From: an uncultured Mycobacterium sp.
GTDB lineage: Bacteria; Pseudomonadota; Gammaproteobacteria; UBA4575
Direction: 5' to 3'
Length of the DNA stretch: 42,192 nt
Assembly: GCA_964196535.1 (NCBI GenBank)
Contig: CAXMUG010000054.1
Coordinates: forward strand, 1 to 42,192
The notes beneath the pieces are model-generated. The model did not search any database. It was not told where the DNA came from and saw nothing but the letters and a program-made list of their open reading frames with translations. The position numbers and the translations under genes are program-made. Within the stretch, counting starts at the first letter, position 1. Every line of letters begins with the position of its first letter. Below, one piece after another: positions 22,984-33,569 of this stretch.

Positions 22984-22992
22984 ATTATATCA
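22984..22992 (-). promoter_or_regulatory. Extended -10 promoter element upstream of gyrB
   Basis: Minus strand TGATATAAT (TGnTATAAT), 30 nt upstream of the gyrB ATG. No clear -35. Confidence 0.55.
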
Positions 22993-23045
22993 AGCCTTTC
23001 GCACAAGAGCTTGTACATCCGCTTCTAAAAGAAGATAAATATTTG

Positions 23046-24122
23046 TTACTTTATGGGCTTACAAACACCTTGTTTCACGTGAAACACTTTGATGTCTTTC
23101 CAGCCCTGTAACTCGATCTGGCCCTCTTCTATTGCTGTAATAAACACTTGGCAACCCAGCGTTTGCAATGCCGTTATCAGGGCATGCGCGTGCTGCTGAT
23201 CTAGTTCGGCACGTATGTCATCCAATAACACCACACACTTCTGTTGATTGAACTGCTGGATATGGTCAATTTGAGCAAGCAACAGACAAGCAGCAATAAG
23301 CTTTTGTTGCCCGCGTGAGGCTGCAGCGGCGGCATCCTGCTGATTTAAGAATAATTTAATGTTTGCACGGTGCGGCCCACAGCGAGTTGTTTTGCTTAAT
23401 AGCTCTTGTTCTCTTAGGCTTTGCAAAGCGGTCTCAAGATCTTCCTCTTCTGACCAACCACGTTGAAAGTCCATACTGATATCGCATTCTGGCAGCAACA
23501 TGTCGCTATATTTGTTGAAAAGTGGGCTAATTTCTTTAAATATCTCCAATCTTGCAATATTAACCTCCTCGCCCAATAAGCTTAGCTGTTTTGTCCACAC
23601 TAAGAGCTCTTCCTTGCCACAACGAATTCGTAGTGCCGAATTACGCTGACGTAAGCATTTATTATAATCACGCCAATTTTGTAGAAAATTATGTTTCACG
23701 TGAAACGCAGACCAATCCATATAGTTGCGTCGATATTTTCCACTGCCTTGAATTAGCTGGTGTGAATCGGGATGCATGCTTAGCACAGGCAAATAGCTAG
23801 CATGGTTGGAAATAGAGGCTGTTTTTTCTTGATTACAATGCAACACGGTCTGCTTGGCAGATTTTTGGATCCCTAGGTGTGCGAACCCGTTTGCTGCACT
23901 TACTTTGCCACTAACGATAAGGTCATTAGCTTGCGTGCGAATTAAAGGGGAGGTGCGCCGTTCTCGAAAAGACCGGCCGCGACTGAGCACATCAATCGCC
24001 TCTAAAATACTAGTCTTTCCTGCACCATTTTCACCAATAAACAAATTGGCGTCTGTAGCCAGAGAAATATCTAGTTGTTCAATTATTCTTAGATTTTGAA
24101 CGAGGAGGGTTTGCAGCGCCAA
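23046..24122 (-). CDS. recF: DNA replication and repair protein RecF
   Basis: GENGAGKTS Walker A, RGRSFR, GPHRA, SRGQQK, LLDDIRAELD, QVFIT. Lies between dnaN and gyrB. TTG start. Confidence 0.95.
   Translation of the reverse strand: MALQTLLVQNLRIIEQLDISLATDANLFIGENGAGKTSILEAIDVLSRGRSFRERRTSPLIRTQANDLIVSGKVSAANGFAHLGIQKSAKQTVLHCNQEKTASISNHASYLPVLSMHPDSHQLIQGSGKYRRNYMDWSAFHVKHNFLQNWRDYNKCLRQRNSALRIRCGKEELLVWTKQLSLLGEEVNIARLEIFKEISPLFNKYSDMLLPECDISMDFQRGWSEEEDLETALQSLREQELLSKTTRCGPHRANIKLFLNQQDAAAAASRGQQKLIAACLLLAQIDHIQQFNQQKCVVLLDDIRAELDQQHAHALITALQTLGCQVFITAIEEGQIELQGWKDIKVFHVKQGVCKPIK
23071..23086. promoter_or_regulatory. parS: parS site (ParB binding), perfect palindrome
   Basis: TGTTTCACGTGAAACA, the canonical chromosomal parS consensus, inside the recF 3' end. 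Confidence 0.92.
23692..23707. promoter_or_regulatory. parS: parS site, one mismatch
   Basis: TGTTTCACGTGAAACG inside recF. Confidence 0.85.
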
Positions 24123-24143
24123 AGCAGGGTAGACATTTGCGTG

Positions 24144-25244
24144 CTAGAGACGCATTGGCATCACCACGTAACGACTCGCTTGACTGTTTGGTGAAACAAT
24201 TAAGGCGCTGCTATGCTCGTCTTTGATGATAACTTCGACTTTTTCTGACTCTAGTGCATTCAACACATCCAGTAGATATACAACATTAAACCCGACTTCT
24301 ATACGATCACCAGTGTATTCAATCTCAATTTCATCTTCGGCTTCTTCATGCTCTGGGTTATGTGCCAGAATGACCATGATATTGTTATCAAGAATTAGTC
24401 GTATGCCTTTATACTTTTCGTTCGATAAAATAGAAGCCCTTGTAAGTGCTTGTTTAAGAAGTATTTTGTCAATGGTCGCGCGATTATCACATTCTTCGGG
24501 CAACACGCGTTGATACTCTGGAAAACGCCCATCAATTAGTTTAGAGGTAAATTGTAAATTAGTTAAATTAACACGCAGGTGATTCTTTCCAATAGCAACC
24601 GTGATTTCATTATCTTCATGGCTTAGTAAACGCAACAATTCTTGCACACCTTTGCGCGGCAAAATAATCTGTCGTGAACCTTCGATATCAGACTTATGAT
24701 CTAGCTGTGAAAGAGCAAGTCGGTGCCCATCTGTTGCTACTGTTCGAATTTGTCCAGCATCCACTTCTAGTAACAAACCATTTAAGTAGTAACGAACATC
24801 TTGCTGAGCCATTGCAAAAGCAGATTTTTCAATTAAGGCCTTAAAATCTCCTTCCTTAATCACTACATTTTGATCCAGTTCAAGATCATCAATTGCTGGA
24901 AAATCTTCAGCAGGCAAAGTAGCCAAAGTAAAACGACTACGACCGGAGCTCACCTTAATTTTTTCATTTGAAGAATTAATCGCAATCTTTGACTGGTCAG
25001 GTAGAGAACGACAAATATCGAGTAACTTTCTAGCAGGTATCGTAGCAGCACCCTGATCTTCAATTTCCATATCGAGTGTGGCCACCAGTTCTACTTCTAG
25101 ATCAGTCGCGGTAATGGAAAGTTTTTCTTCGCCGCCTTTAATCAAAAGATTGCTTAAAGCAGGCATAGTTTGTCTGCGTTCAACAGCTCCAATAATTTGC
25201 TGGAGTGGTTTTAGTAGGTCTTCACGTATTATAGATAACTGCAT
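24144..25244 (-). CDS. dnaN: DNA polymerase III beta sliding clamp
   Basis: VERRQTMPAL, ATDLEVE, AMAQQDVRYYLNG, VATDGHRL, SKLIDGRFP, YVVMPMRL. Confidence 0.98.
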   Translation of the reverse strand: MQLSIIREDLLKPLQQIIGAVERRQTMPALSNLLIKGGEEKLSITATDLEVELVATLDMEIEDQGAATIPARKLLDICRSLPDQSKIAINSSNEKIKVSSGRSRFTLATLPAEDFPAIDDLELDQNVVIKEGDFKALIEKSAFAMAQQDVRYYLNGLLLEVDAGQIRTVATDGHRLALSQLDHKSDIEGSRQIILPRKGVQELLRLLSHEDNEITVAIGKNHLRVNLTNLQFTSKLIDGRFPEYQRVLPEECDNRATIDKILLKQALTRASILSNEKYKGIRLILDNNIMVILAHNPEHEEAEDEIEIEYTGDRIEVGFNVVYLLDVLNALESEKVEVIIKDEHSSALIVSPNSQASRYVVMPMRL

Positions 25245-25483
25245 ATTATATATATTTAGTTATAGTTATAGAGCAGCTAGTTTGCTGTGGATATTATTTA
25301 TTTATCTTTATTATTCAATATCATAATTAGATATCGATTGTGTAAAAACGGTTCAGTAAAGGTTCTTTAACACTGAATACTGCTGGCATAAGTCTTAGAT
25401 GAGAATTCTATGCAAACTATATCACCTTTTATACACAGCTAATCAACAAATCTGGCGGCTCTTCACAGCCCTAATTAGAGTTA
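25245..25483. other. oriC: Candidate replication origin (oriC) in the dnaA-dnaN spacer
   Basis: 239-nt AT-rich spacer. DnaA boxes TTATACACA (25429-37, fits TTATNCACA), TGTGGATAT (25286-94) and TGTGTAAAA (25339-47). AT-rich tract TATTATATATATTTAGTTATAGTTATAG next to the dnaN-proximal box. Confidence 0.62.
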
Positions 25484-26836
25484 TTAACTGCTTAGACTTC
25501 TAAGTAAATTAATATAATCATCGTTAATGCGTGTATCACCCTCTCGCAAACTAGCAACTTTTCTGCATGCGTGTAATACGGTGGTGTGGTCTCTGCCACC
25601 AAATGCATCACCGATTTCGGGCAGGCTGTGATTGGTTAATTCTTTTGCTAGTGACATGGCCATTTGTCTGGGTCTGGTTATCGAGCGGCTACGACGAGCC
25701 GAGAGCAAGTCAGATACACGAATTTTAAAATACTCCGCAACGGTTTTCTGAATATTATCGATGGTGACCAGTTTATCTTGCAAGGCTAATAAATCGTGTA
25801 AGGCTTCCTTTGCAAAATCTAGCGTAATCTCGGAACCTGTAAACTGAGCGTTAGCGACGACTCTTCGCAGAGCCCCTTCAAGTTCACGAACATTAGAGCG
25901 AATGCGCTTGCCAATAAAAAATGCGACTTCGCTTGGCAATTCAACATTTAGTAACTCTGCTTTACGTTGCATAATGGCTACACGGGTCTCCAGTTCAGGC
26001 GGCTCGATGGCTTGGGTTAAGCCCCAGCCAAAACGAGATTTGAGCCTCTCATCTAAACCATCAACCTCTTTAGGATAGCGGTCACAGGTTAAAATTACCT
26101 GGCTCTGGATTTCTAACAGGGTATTAAAAGTATGAAAAAATTCTTCTTGAGACCGTTCTTTACCAGAAAAAAATTGTATATCGTCGATGAGTAAAGCATC
26201 TACAGTGCGATAAAAACGCTTGAATTCACTAATTGCATTATGTTGCAACGCCTTGACCATGTCGGATACAAAACGCTCGGAGTGTAAATATAAAATCTTC
26301 GCATTAGGGTTTTGTACTAGCATTTGATTGCCAATAGCATGTAAGAGGTGGGTTTTACCAAGACCTACTCCACCATATATAAGCAAAGGGTTGTAGGCTG
26401 TGGCGGGATGTCCTGCTACTTGTAAAGCGGCGGCTTTGGGGAGCTGATTTGATTTACCTTCCACAAAAGTATCAAAAGTGAAATTTGGATTTAGATTGTG
26501 ATTGAAGTTTTGTAGTTTGGCTGAGGTTGAGCTTACGGCTTGAATTTTTTCAGCCGTTTCAGCCGTTGGCGAGCTGGTTTGCTTGCTGCGCTCGCTGCTA
26601 CCAATTTCTAACGCTACCGGACGAGTCGTTGTGTTATTACTAGCGCCTACCAATTCATCAATACGCGGCAAAAAATTATCTTGAACCCAGTCCAATACAA
26701 AACGGTTTGGTGCTAATAAAGTGAGCCCGCCATTTTCTTCTATGGCATGTAAAGGTCGGATCCAGGTATTGAGTTGTTGTTCAGATAATTCGGATTCAAG
26801 CTTATGAACGCACGATTTCCAGAGAATACTAGTCAC
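25484..26836 (-). CDS. dnaA: Chromosomal replication initiator DnaA
   Basis: [55 protein letters not shown] start. Confidence 0.98.
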   Translation of the reverse strand: MTSILWKSCVHKLESELSEQQLNTWIRPLHAIEENGGLTLLAPNRFVLDWVQDNFLPRIDELVGASNNTTTRPVALEIGSSERSKQTSSPTAETAEKIQAVSSTSAKLQNFNHNLNPNFTFDTFVEGKSNQLPKAAALQVAGHPATAYNPLLIYGGVGLGKTHLLHAIGNQMLVQNPNAKILYLHSERFVSDMVKALQHNAISEFKRFYRTVDALLIDDIQFFSGKERSQEEFFHTFNTLLEIQSQVILTCDRYPKEVDGLDERLKSRFGWGLTQAIEPPELETRVAIMQRKAELLNVELPSEVAFFIGKRIRSNVRELEGALRRVVANAQFTGSEITLDFAKEALHDLLALQDKLVTIDNIQKTVAEYFKIRVSDLLSARRSRSITRPRQMAMSLAKELTNHSLPEIGDAFGGRDHTTVLHACRKVASLREGDTRINDDYINLLRSLSS

Positions 26837-26911
26837 GCATTTAACTCCAGTATGCCTATAATGCTATGTTTTTGTTATGGGGGTAGATTAGTCTATCCAG
26901 TAATAGGATTG

Positions 26912-26920
26912 TTATCCACT
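26912..26920. promoter_or_regulatory. DnaA box (one mismatch) in the dnaA promoter region, possibly autoregulatory
   Basis: TTATCCACT, about 75 nt upstream of the dnaA start. Confidence 0.5.
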
Positions 26921-26942
26921 GTTTAATGTCAGACAATAAAAG

Positions 26943-26978
26943 TTGACAAATGTAAGTAGCGCGACTATTTTTGCGCAC
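26943..26978 (+). promoter_or_regulatory. Candidate sigma70 promoter for the rpmH operon
   Basis: TTGACA (26943-48), 17 nt spacer, TATTTT (26966-71), followed by the GC-rich discriminator-like GCGCAC. Confidence 0.5.
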
Positions 26979-27086
26979 CTTATTAGGTAATTATCCTAAA
27001 CCTCTAATTTAGAGAGGAACACAGAAAGTATAGAATAATTAAATCTAGTAAAAGATTAAGTTAAGAAAATTTAAAGTTGAAATAAT

Positions 27087-27221
27087 ATGAAACGCACTTT
27101 CCAACCTAGCAATTTAAAACGAGCACGCACACACGGTTTTAGAGCTAGAATGAAAACAGCAGGCGGTCGCGCGGTAATTAATGCTCGCCGTGCACGAGGC
27201 CGTGCAAAACTCTGCCCATAA
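27087..27221 (+). CDS. rpmH: 50S ribosomal protein L34 (missing from the supplied ORF track)
   Basis: Manual translation gives [44 protein letters not shown]. Confidence 0.97.
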   Translation: MKRTFQPSNLKRARTHGFRARMKTAGGRAVINARRARGRAKLCP

Positions 27222-27225
27222 TTTT

Positions 27226-27570
27226 TTGCCCGTAGAAGATTTTTCGTATACACATCGAGACCGACTTCAGAATGCAAGTCAATTCACTCGAGTCTTTGAT
27301 CAGGCAACAAAATCGAGCAGTGAATTTTTTACCATACTGTCTAGAGAAAACACCGAAGGTCTGCCGCGTTTAGGCATTGTAGTTGCTAAGCGTAGAGCTA
27401 AACGTTCAGTAGATAGAAATATAATAAAAAGAATTATTCGCGAAAGCTTTCGTTTGAATAAAGCAACACTGCCAGCAAGCGATTTCATAGTGATTTTAAA
27501 ACGCCCTATAAAAATCATTAAACGTTCTAATCTAAGACTACAAATGGAAACGCTCTGGAAGCAATATTAA
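27226..27570 (+). CDS. rnpA: Ribonuclease P protein component
   Basis: PRLGIVVAKRRAKRSVDRNIIKRIIRESFR (RNR motif), DFIVI. The start is probably TTG 27226, just after the rpmH stop. Confidence 0.93.
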   Translation: MPVEDFSYTHRDRLQNASQFTRVFDQATKSSSEFFTILSRENTEGLPRLGIVVAKRRAKRSVDRNIIKRIIRESFRLNKATLPASDFIVILKRPIKIIKRSNLRLQMETLWKQY

Positions 27571-27576
27571 TTAAAC

Positions 27577-27816
27577 ATGCGCGCAGCAATCAGTAAATTA
27601 CTAATCACTTTGATTAAGGCTTATCGCTTAGTGCTCAGTCCATGGTTGGGACAGCAGTGCAGGTTTCATCCGACATGTTCGGAATATGCGTTGCAAGCTG
27701 TTGATCAACACGGCCCGTACCGCGGCAGTTGGTTAGCGGCGAAACGACTTGCGTCTTGCCATCCTTGGCATGCAGGCGGCATAGATCCTGTACCAGAGAA
27801 CCACGCCCACAAATAA
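27577..27816 (+). CDS. yidD: Membrane protein insertion efficiency factor
   Basis: SPWLGQQCRFHPTCSEYA...CHPWHAGGIDPVP. Confidence 0.95.
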   Translation: MRAAISKLLITLIKAYRLVLSPWLGQQCRFHPTCSEYALQAVDQHGPYRGSWLAAKRLASCHPWHAGGIDPVPENHAHK

Positions 27817-27821
27817 ATAGC

Positions 27822-29513
27822 ATGCAAAACCAAAGATTCTTTTTATATATAGCGCTAGCGTTTTTGCTGTATATCATCTGGCTAACCTGGCAACGGGAAC
27901 ATGCGCCTGCACCCATTGCACAACAAGATTCAACTCAGCAGCAAAGTAATGGTTCTGCAAACGAAAATAATTATGAAAATTCCGATGACTTACCAGACGC
28001 TTTAGACTCTGCACAAACTGCTAGCACAGCAACTAATGTTGTAAGCAATCCTGTTACACAAAGCAAAAGCCAAAAAGTACATGTGCGTACTAATGTGTTA
28101 GATGTCGTTATCGATACGCGTGGTGGCGATATACGCCAAATAGATCTACCAACTTATCCGGTGTCTCTGGAGAATAAAGACGAAGCCTTTCGTTTAATGT
28201 TTAGTAATAACCGCACTTACATTGCGCAATCAGGATTACGTCATGACAAAGTTAATGGCCAAGCAGTATCCGGTGCAGCGCCTACTCATCATGAAATTTA
28301 TAGTGCTGAGCAAACTGAGTATTTGCTGGATGATGGGAGAGATGAGCTTGAAGTAAAGTTATTGTGGAGCGGTGAAAATGGCATCACAGTAGAAAAGATT
28401 TTTACATTTTATCGCGACTCGTTTGTGTTTGATGTTAAACACCGCGTTATTAATCAAGGTAATACAAACTGGATTGGCCGTCAGTATCAACAACTACGCC
28501 ATAGCCCAATATCTGAAAAACGCAGTTTGCTACGTCTACCTACCTATACAGGCACAGCATATTTCGACGGCACATATCATAAACATAAATTTAGTGACAT
28601 AGACGACGAACCCATCAACATGCAAGTAGACGGTGGTTGGGTGGCTGTGTTGCAACATTATTTTGTTTCCGCATGGATACCCGAAGCAGAAGAACAAAAT
28701 CGTTTTTATAGCAAAAGCGTAAAAGCTGCAGACGAAGTCCAACTACTAATCGGTATGTTATCTAATGCGCAAACCGTCGCACCGGGTAGTAGCGCCGAAT
28801 TTAGCCGACGCTTATACACTGGACCCACGAACCAGGCCGAGATGAGAGAGATTGCTGAGGGATTAGATCTCAGCGTTGATTACGGCATGTTTTCAATAAT
28901 TTCCAAACCTTTATTTTGGTTGCTGCAATGGTTTCACAAACTGGTAGGTAACTGGGGCTTGTCGATTATTCTAGTTACGGTTGTTGTTAAACTTATTTTT
29001 TATAAGTTATCTGAAACTAGTTATAAGTCCATGGCGCGCATGCGCAAGTTGCAACCTCGTATAAAGGCTTTGCAAGGACGTTTTGCCGACGACAAACAAA
29101 AACTTGGCCAAGCTACTTGGGATCTTTACCGCAAAGAAAAAGTTAACCCGGCAAAAGGCTGCTTACCTATCATTATTCAAATGCCTGTGTTTCTGGCTTT
29201 GTATTGGGTATTAATCGAAAGTGTCGAACTCAGACAAGCACCGTTTATGCTTTGGATACATGATCTATCTTTACGTGATCCCATATTTGTATTGCCGTTT
29301 TTAATGGGCATTAGTATGTTTGTGCAATTTAAATTAAATCCAGCACCACCCGATCCTATGCAGGCAAAAATATTTGCCATGATGCCGATAATGATGACGA
29401 TCTTTATGGCGTTTTTCCCAGCAGGTTTGGTGTTGTACTGGTTAGTGAATAACATTCTGTCGATTATGCAACAGTATGTTATTACTAAACGTATAGAAAA
29501 AGAAACATCTTAA
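27822..29513 (+). CDS. yidC: Membrane protein insertase YidC
   Basis: LQHYFVSAW, VDYG, GNWGLSII, SMARMRKLQP, GCLP...QMPVF, ELRQAPF, PAGLVLYW. Start at ATG 27822. Confidence 0.97.
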   Translation: MQNQRFFLYIALAFLLYIIWLTWQREHAPAPIAQQDSTQQQSNGSANENNYENSDDLPDALDSAQTASTATNVVSNPVTQSKSQKVHVRTNVLDVVIDTRGGDIRQIDLPTYPVSLENKDEAFRLMFSNNRTYIAQSGLRHDKVNGQAVSGAAPTHHEIYSAEQTEYLLDDGRDELEVKLLWSGENGITVEKIFTFYRDSFVFDVKHRVINQGNTNWIGRQYQQLRHSPISEKRSLLRLPTYTGTAYFDGTYHKHKFSDIDDEPINMQVDGGWVAVLQHYFVSAWIPEAEEQNRFYSKSVKAADEVQLLIGMLSNAQTVAPGSSAEFSRRLYTGPTNQAEMREIAEGLDLSVDYGMFSIISKPLFWLLQWFHKLVGNWGLSIILVTVVVKLIFYKLSETSYKSMARMRKLQPRIKALQGRFADDKQKLGQATWDLYRKEKVNPAKGCLPIIIQMPVFLALYWVLIESVELRQAPFMLWIHDLSLRDPIFVLPFLMGISMFVQFKLNPAPPDPMQAKIFAMMPIMMTIFMAFFPAGLVLYWLVNNILSIMQQYVITKRIEKETS

Positions 29514-29556
29514 AACCTCTGTTGCTGTAAATAGTTAAACTTTTAAAGGGCGAGCT

Positions 29557-30906
29557 TTGCCCAAAAACATCACACAAAAAGAATTGATCTGTGCGCTTGC
29601 CACTCCACCTGGCAAAGGAGCGTTGGCGATTGTGCGCCTATCTGGAAAAGATGCGCATGCAATAGCTAAAAAAATCACACATAAATCATTAGCTCCTCGC
29701 CAAGCCAGCTATACAAATTTTTATAATCATGACGGTGCTGTGCTCGACCAAGGACTTGCGATCTATTTTCAAACACCCGCATCATTTACCGGCGAAGAGG
29801 TAATTGAGTTTCACTGTCACGGTAACCCGCTAGTGGCAGACTTATTGCTGAAAACACTTTGTAATCTAGGTGCTCGTTTAGCGGCCCCTGGCGAATTTAG
29901 TTTGCGTGCCTTTTTAAACAATAAAATTGATTTAGCTCAAGCAGAAGCGATTGCGGATTTAATTAATAGCACTACGGAACAAGCTGTGCGTACGGCAACC
30001 CGATCTATGCAAGGCGCTTTTTCTGAGCGCGTACAAGAAGTGCTGACGCAATTAATACAGATGCGCATGCATATCGAAGCCCACCTAGACTTTCCAGACG
30101 AGGAAATTGATCGACAACAAATCGAACAGCTTGTGTCGCAATTGACGAAATTAAAGCACTTTTTAAATGAATTGCTGCAACAAGCAAAATTGGGTGAGCG
30201 TTTACAAACCGGAGCCACCATTGCGATTGCTGGAAAGCCTAATGCTGGTAAATCGAGCTTACTCAATGTGTTGGCTCAAAGTGAGGTAGCCATCGTAACG
30301 GAGGTTCCCGGAACCACGCGTGATCCACTTAGTGCGGATATCGAGATCCAAGGCATTGCGGTACGTTTAATTGATACTGCGGGCTTGCGTGAAACGCAAG
30401 ATATAGTCGAAGCAAAAGGCATTCAACGTGCGCAACAAGCGCTAGCGCAAGCCGATCTAGTTTTGTGGCTCACTGATGTCAGTAATGAGGATTCTCAAAT
30501 AGTACCAAGCGGAATAGATGCTGCAAAGATTATCTATGTGCATAACAAGGTTGATTTGAGTGCTGAGAAAAAATACAACGATGATGAAAATATTTATATT
30601 TCAGCAAAAGCACAGACGGGAATTGATGAATTATTACAACAACTAGGCGAGCACTTAATTGGCGACAACAATATTCGAGAACAGGGGGATACCCCATTTT
30701 TGGCAAGAGGTCGACATGTGGTTGCCCTGCAACAAGCACAAGAAAATATTCATTCTGCTCAACAGCGTTTATCCAACAGCCAAGAGCTTGAACTGGCTGC
30801 AGAGGATTTGCGTTTAGCCCAACAGAATCTGGGGGAAATAACCGGAGAATTTACACCTGATGATTTGCTCGGCAAGATTTTTAGTGAGTTCTGTATAGGT
30901 AAATGA
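29557..30906 (+). CDS. mnmE: tRNA modification GTPase MnmE (TrmE)
   Basis: SFTGE, PGEFSLRAFLN, GKPNAGKSSL, GTTRD, DTAG, NKVD, FCIGK. Confidence 0.97.
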   Translation: MPKNITQKELICALATPPGKGALAIVRLSGKDAHAIAKKITHKSLAPRQASYTNFYNHDGAVLDQGLAIYFQTPASFTGEEVIEFHCHGNPLVADLLLKTLCNLGARLAAPGEFSLRAFLNNKIDLAQAEAIADLINSTTEQAVRTATRSMQGAFSERVQEVLTQLIQMRMHIEAHLDFPDEEIDRQQIEQLVSQLTKLKHFLNELLQQAKLGERLQTGATIAIAGKPNAGKSSLLNVLAQSEVAIVTEVPGTTRDPLSADIEIQGIAVRLIDTAGLRETQDIVEAKGIQRAQQALAQADLVLWLTDVSNEDSQIVPSGIDAAKIIYVHNKVDLSAEKKYNDDENIYISAKAQTGIDELLQQLGEHLIGDNNIREQGDTPFLARGRHVVALQQAQENIHSAQQRLSNSQELELAAEDLRLAQQNLGEITGEFTPDDLLGKIFSEFCIGK

Positions 30907-30984
30907 TCCTAAGAGGCAGTCGTGTAATGGGCCTCGTTTATTTCTTAAGGCTTCAGTACAATAAATGACCGAAGGAAATAATAC

Positions 30985-32874
30985 ATGACAGCTTCACAAC
31001 AACAATATGACGTAATCATAATAGGTGGTGGCCATGCTGGCACCGAAGCGGCGTTAGCGGCTGCACGCATGGGTGCGCAAACATTGTTGATCACTCATAA
31101 CATTGAAACCATCGGGCAAATGAGCTGCAACCCTGCGATTGGTGGCATTGGTAAAAGTCATCTGGTGAAAGAAATTGATGCAATGGGTGGCGCGATGGCC
31201 TTAGCCGCCGACTATGGCGGCATTCAGTTTCGCGTGCTTAATTCTCGTAAGGGTCCGGCGGTTCGTGCGACACGCGCACAAGCAGATCGAGTGTTATACA
31301 AAGCTGCCATTCGCCAGCAAGTTGAAAACCAAGCTAATTTACAAATGTTTCAACAAGCAGTTGATGATTTGCTAATAGAGCAAGATTGTATTCGTGGCAT
31401 CGTTACACAAAGTGGACTGACTTTTTTAGCCAAGTCTGTAGTGTTAACTACTGGCACATTTTTAGGCGGCAAGATTCATATCGGTAATGATAACTATGCT
31501 GCAGGCCGCGCCGGCGATCCTCCTGCGACCACCTTGGCAAACCGGTTACGTGAATTGTCTTTACGCGTTGGACGATTAAAAACCGGAACACCTCCGCGCA
31601 TAGATGGGCGCACGATAGATTACTCGCAACTTGAAACACAACCAGGCGATGAACCAATACCGGTGTTTTCGTTTATGGGGTCTGCCGCACTACATCCAAA
31701 ACAAGTAAATTGCTTTATTACCTATACGAATGAAACAACCCACGACATAATTAAGCAAGATTTAAGTTTATCGCCGATGTACAACGGCAATATTGATAGC
31801 ACTGGGCCACGATACTGTCCTTCCATCGAAGATAAAGTCACGCGATTTGCAGACCGAAACCAACACCAAATTTTTATTGAGCCGGAAGGTTTAAAAACTC
31901 ACGAAGTGTATCCAAATGGCATTTCAACTAGCTTACCGTTTGAGACGCAACAAAAATTTGTGCGTTCAGTGAAAGGTTTTGAGAATGCGCATATCACGAG
32001 ACCAGGATATGCGATCGAGTATGATTATTTTGACCCCAGAGATTTGCAACCAAGTTTAGAGACCAAGGCTATCGAAGGGTTGTTTTTTGCGGGGCAAATT
32101 AATGGTACTACAGGCTACGAAGAGGCAGCTGCCCAAGGAATGGTGGCAGGTATCAATGCAGTACGACGCACGCAAGAACTAGATGCTTGGGTGCCGCGCC
32201 GCGATCAGGCCTATATAGGCGTAATGATAGATGACTTGGTCACTAGCGGCACCATTGAACCGTATCGTATGTTTACCAGTCGCGCGGAGTTTCGTTTATT
32301 GCTACGCCAAGATAATGCTGATTTGCGTTTAAGCGAAACCGCACATGAACTAGGTTGTTTGCCTGCAGCACAGTGGCAAGCGTTTAGTGAAAAACGTGAA
32401 GTGCTAGAGACACAACAGCAACGTTTAAAGAGCAGCTACGTTCAACCCAGTGAAGTGGATGCAGACTTGGAAGAAAAAATACTCGGCAAAAAGCTTAAGC
32501 ATGAATACAGCATGTATGAATTACTACGCCGACCTGAAGTTAATTTTGAAAACTTACAACAACTTAGCAGTCTAGACCTGAGCGACATTCCTGCAGAAGT
32601 GAGTGAGCAACTTGAGATACAAGCAAAATATGCTGGCTATATAGAGCGCCAAAACACAGAAGTTGAAAAAGTAGCGCAGCAAGAAGAAGTTAAATTACCC
32701 CAAGACTTAAACTACACGGCTATTACCGGTTTATCGAATGAGGCGAAGCAAAAGCTTATGGAAATTAAGCCACATACAATAGGCCAGGCTGCGAGAATAT
32801 CTGGCATCACTCCTTCAACCATTTCATTGCTATTGGTACACTTAAAATCTAAGCCTACTCGAAAAAGCGCTTAA
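30985..32874 (+). CDS. mnmG: tRNA uridine 5-carboxymethylaminomethyl modification enzyme MnmG (GidA)
   Basis: [59 protein letters not shown]. Confidence 0.98.
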   Translation: MTASQQQYDVIIIGGGHAGTEAALAAARMGAQTLLITHNIETIGQMSCNPAIGGIGKSHLVKEIDAMGGAMALAADYGGIQFRVLNSRKGPAVRATRAQADRVLYKAAIRQQVENQANLQMFQQAVDDLLIEQDCIRGIVTQSGLTFLAKSVVLTTGTFLGGKIHIGNDNYAAGRAGDPPATTLANRLRELSLRVGRLKTGTPPRIDGRTIDYSQLETQPGDEPIPVFSFMGSAALHPKQVNCFITYTNETTHDIIKQDLSLSPMYNGNIDSTGPRYCPSIEDKVTRFADRNQHQIFIEPEGLKTHEVYPNGISTSLPFETQQKFVRSVKGFENAHITRPGYAIEYDYFDPRDLQPSLETKAIEGLFFAGQINGTTGYEEAAAQGMVAGINAVRRTQELDAWVPRRDQAYIGVMIDDLVTSGTIEPYRMFTSRAEFRLLLRQDNADLRLSETAHELGCLPAAQWQAFSEKREVLETQQQRLKSSYVQPSEVDADLEEKILGKKLKHEYSMYELLRRPEVNFENLQQLSSLDLSDIPAEVSEQLEIQAKYAGYIERQNTEVEKVAQQEEVKLPQDLNYTAITGLSNEAKQKLMEIKPHTIGQAARISGITPSTISLLLVHLKSKPTRKSA

Positions 32875-32912
32875 GAAAAGCGTCAGTCCATTTTCACGAC
32901 TAGCAACGACTT

Positions 32913-33563
32913 ATGAATTCTTCACAACTACTGGCCAGTGGTGTGCAGCAATTAAATATTCACGCAGACGAAAAACAACTTAGTCTGTTAATGCAGTATG
33001 TGCAGTTATTACAAAAATGGAATCAGGCTTATAACTTAACGGCGATAGAAGACACCGACGAGATTATTAGTAAACATATCCTTGATAGTTTATCGGTGGC
33101 AAAGCACCTAAAGGGCAAAAATATCATAGATGTTGGTAGTGGTGCCGGTCTGCCGGGGATTCCATTGGCGATACTTTGTGAGGATAAAAAATTCACCCTG
33201 CTGGATAGCAATGCTAAAAAAACTCGCTTCATTCAACAAGCGGCCATTGATCTTAGGTTAAATAATATCCAAGTCATGCAGTCGAGAGTGGAAGATTATC
33301 TGCCGCGTAGTCACCCAGAAGAGGCATTTAACACTATAATAAGTAGGGCTTTTGCCAGTAGTGACAAGCTTTTTGCCAGTTGTGAGCAGCTGCTTAAAAA
33401 CTTGGATGATCAGGGGCGAATAATTTTTATGTTAGCTAAACAAAAGCACCTCGAAGCGCTGCCAAATAGATATAATGTGGTCGATATTCATAGCATTAAA
33501 ATTCCTCAACTTGATGCACAACGACATATCGCTATAGTTGAAAAAATGGCCTATAAGAATTAA
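32913..33563 (+). CDS. rsmG: 16S rRNA m7G527 methyltransferase (GidB)
   Basis: KWNQAYNLTA, HILDSL, DVGSGAGLPG, SRAF. Confidence 0.95.
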   Translation: MNSSQLLASGVQQLNIHADEKQLSLLMQYVQLLQKWNQAYNLTAIEDTDEIISKHILDSLSVAKHLKGKNIIDVGSGAGLPGIPLAILCEDKKFTLLDSNAKKTRFIQQAAIDLRLNNIQVMQSRVEDYLPRSHPEEAFNTIISRAFASSDKLFASCEQLLKNLDDQGRIIFMLAKQKHLEALPNRYNVVDIHSIKIPQLDAQRHIAIVEKMAYKN

Positions 33564-33569
33564 CAGCAG

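Noticed and set aside
26837-27086. dnaA-rpmH spacer as the sole origin (Pseudomonas-type)
   Set aside because: I found only one reasonable DnaA box (TTATCCACT) plus promoter elements. The dnaA-dnaN spacer fits better, although a supporting role is not excluded.
27181-27821. Track starts for rnpA (27181) and yidC (27729), and the minus-strand ORF 27071..27277
   Set aside because: The extended starts run into rpmH and yidD. The minus ORF is the antisense shadow of rpmH.
30907-30984. Enterobacterial-type oriC upstream of mnmG (gidA)
   Set aside because: The spacer is only 78 nt, with no DnaA boxes, 13-mers or GATC cluster.
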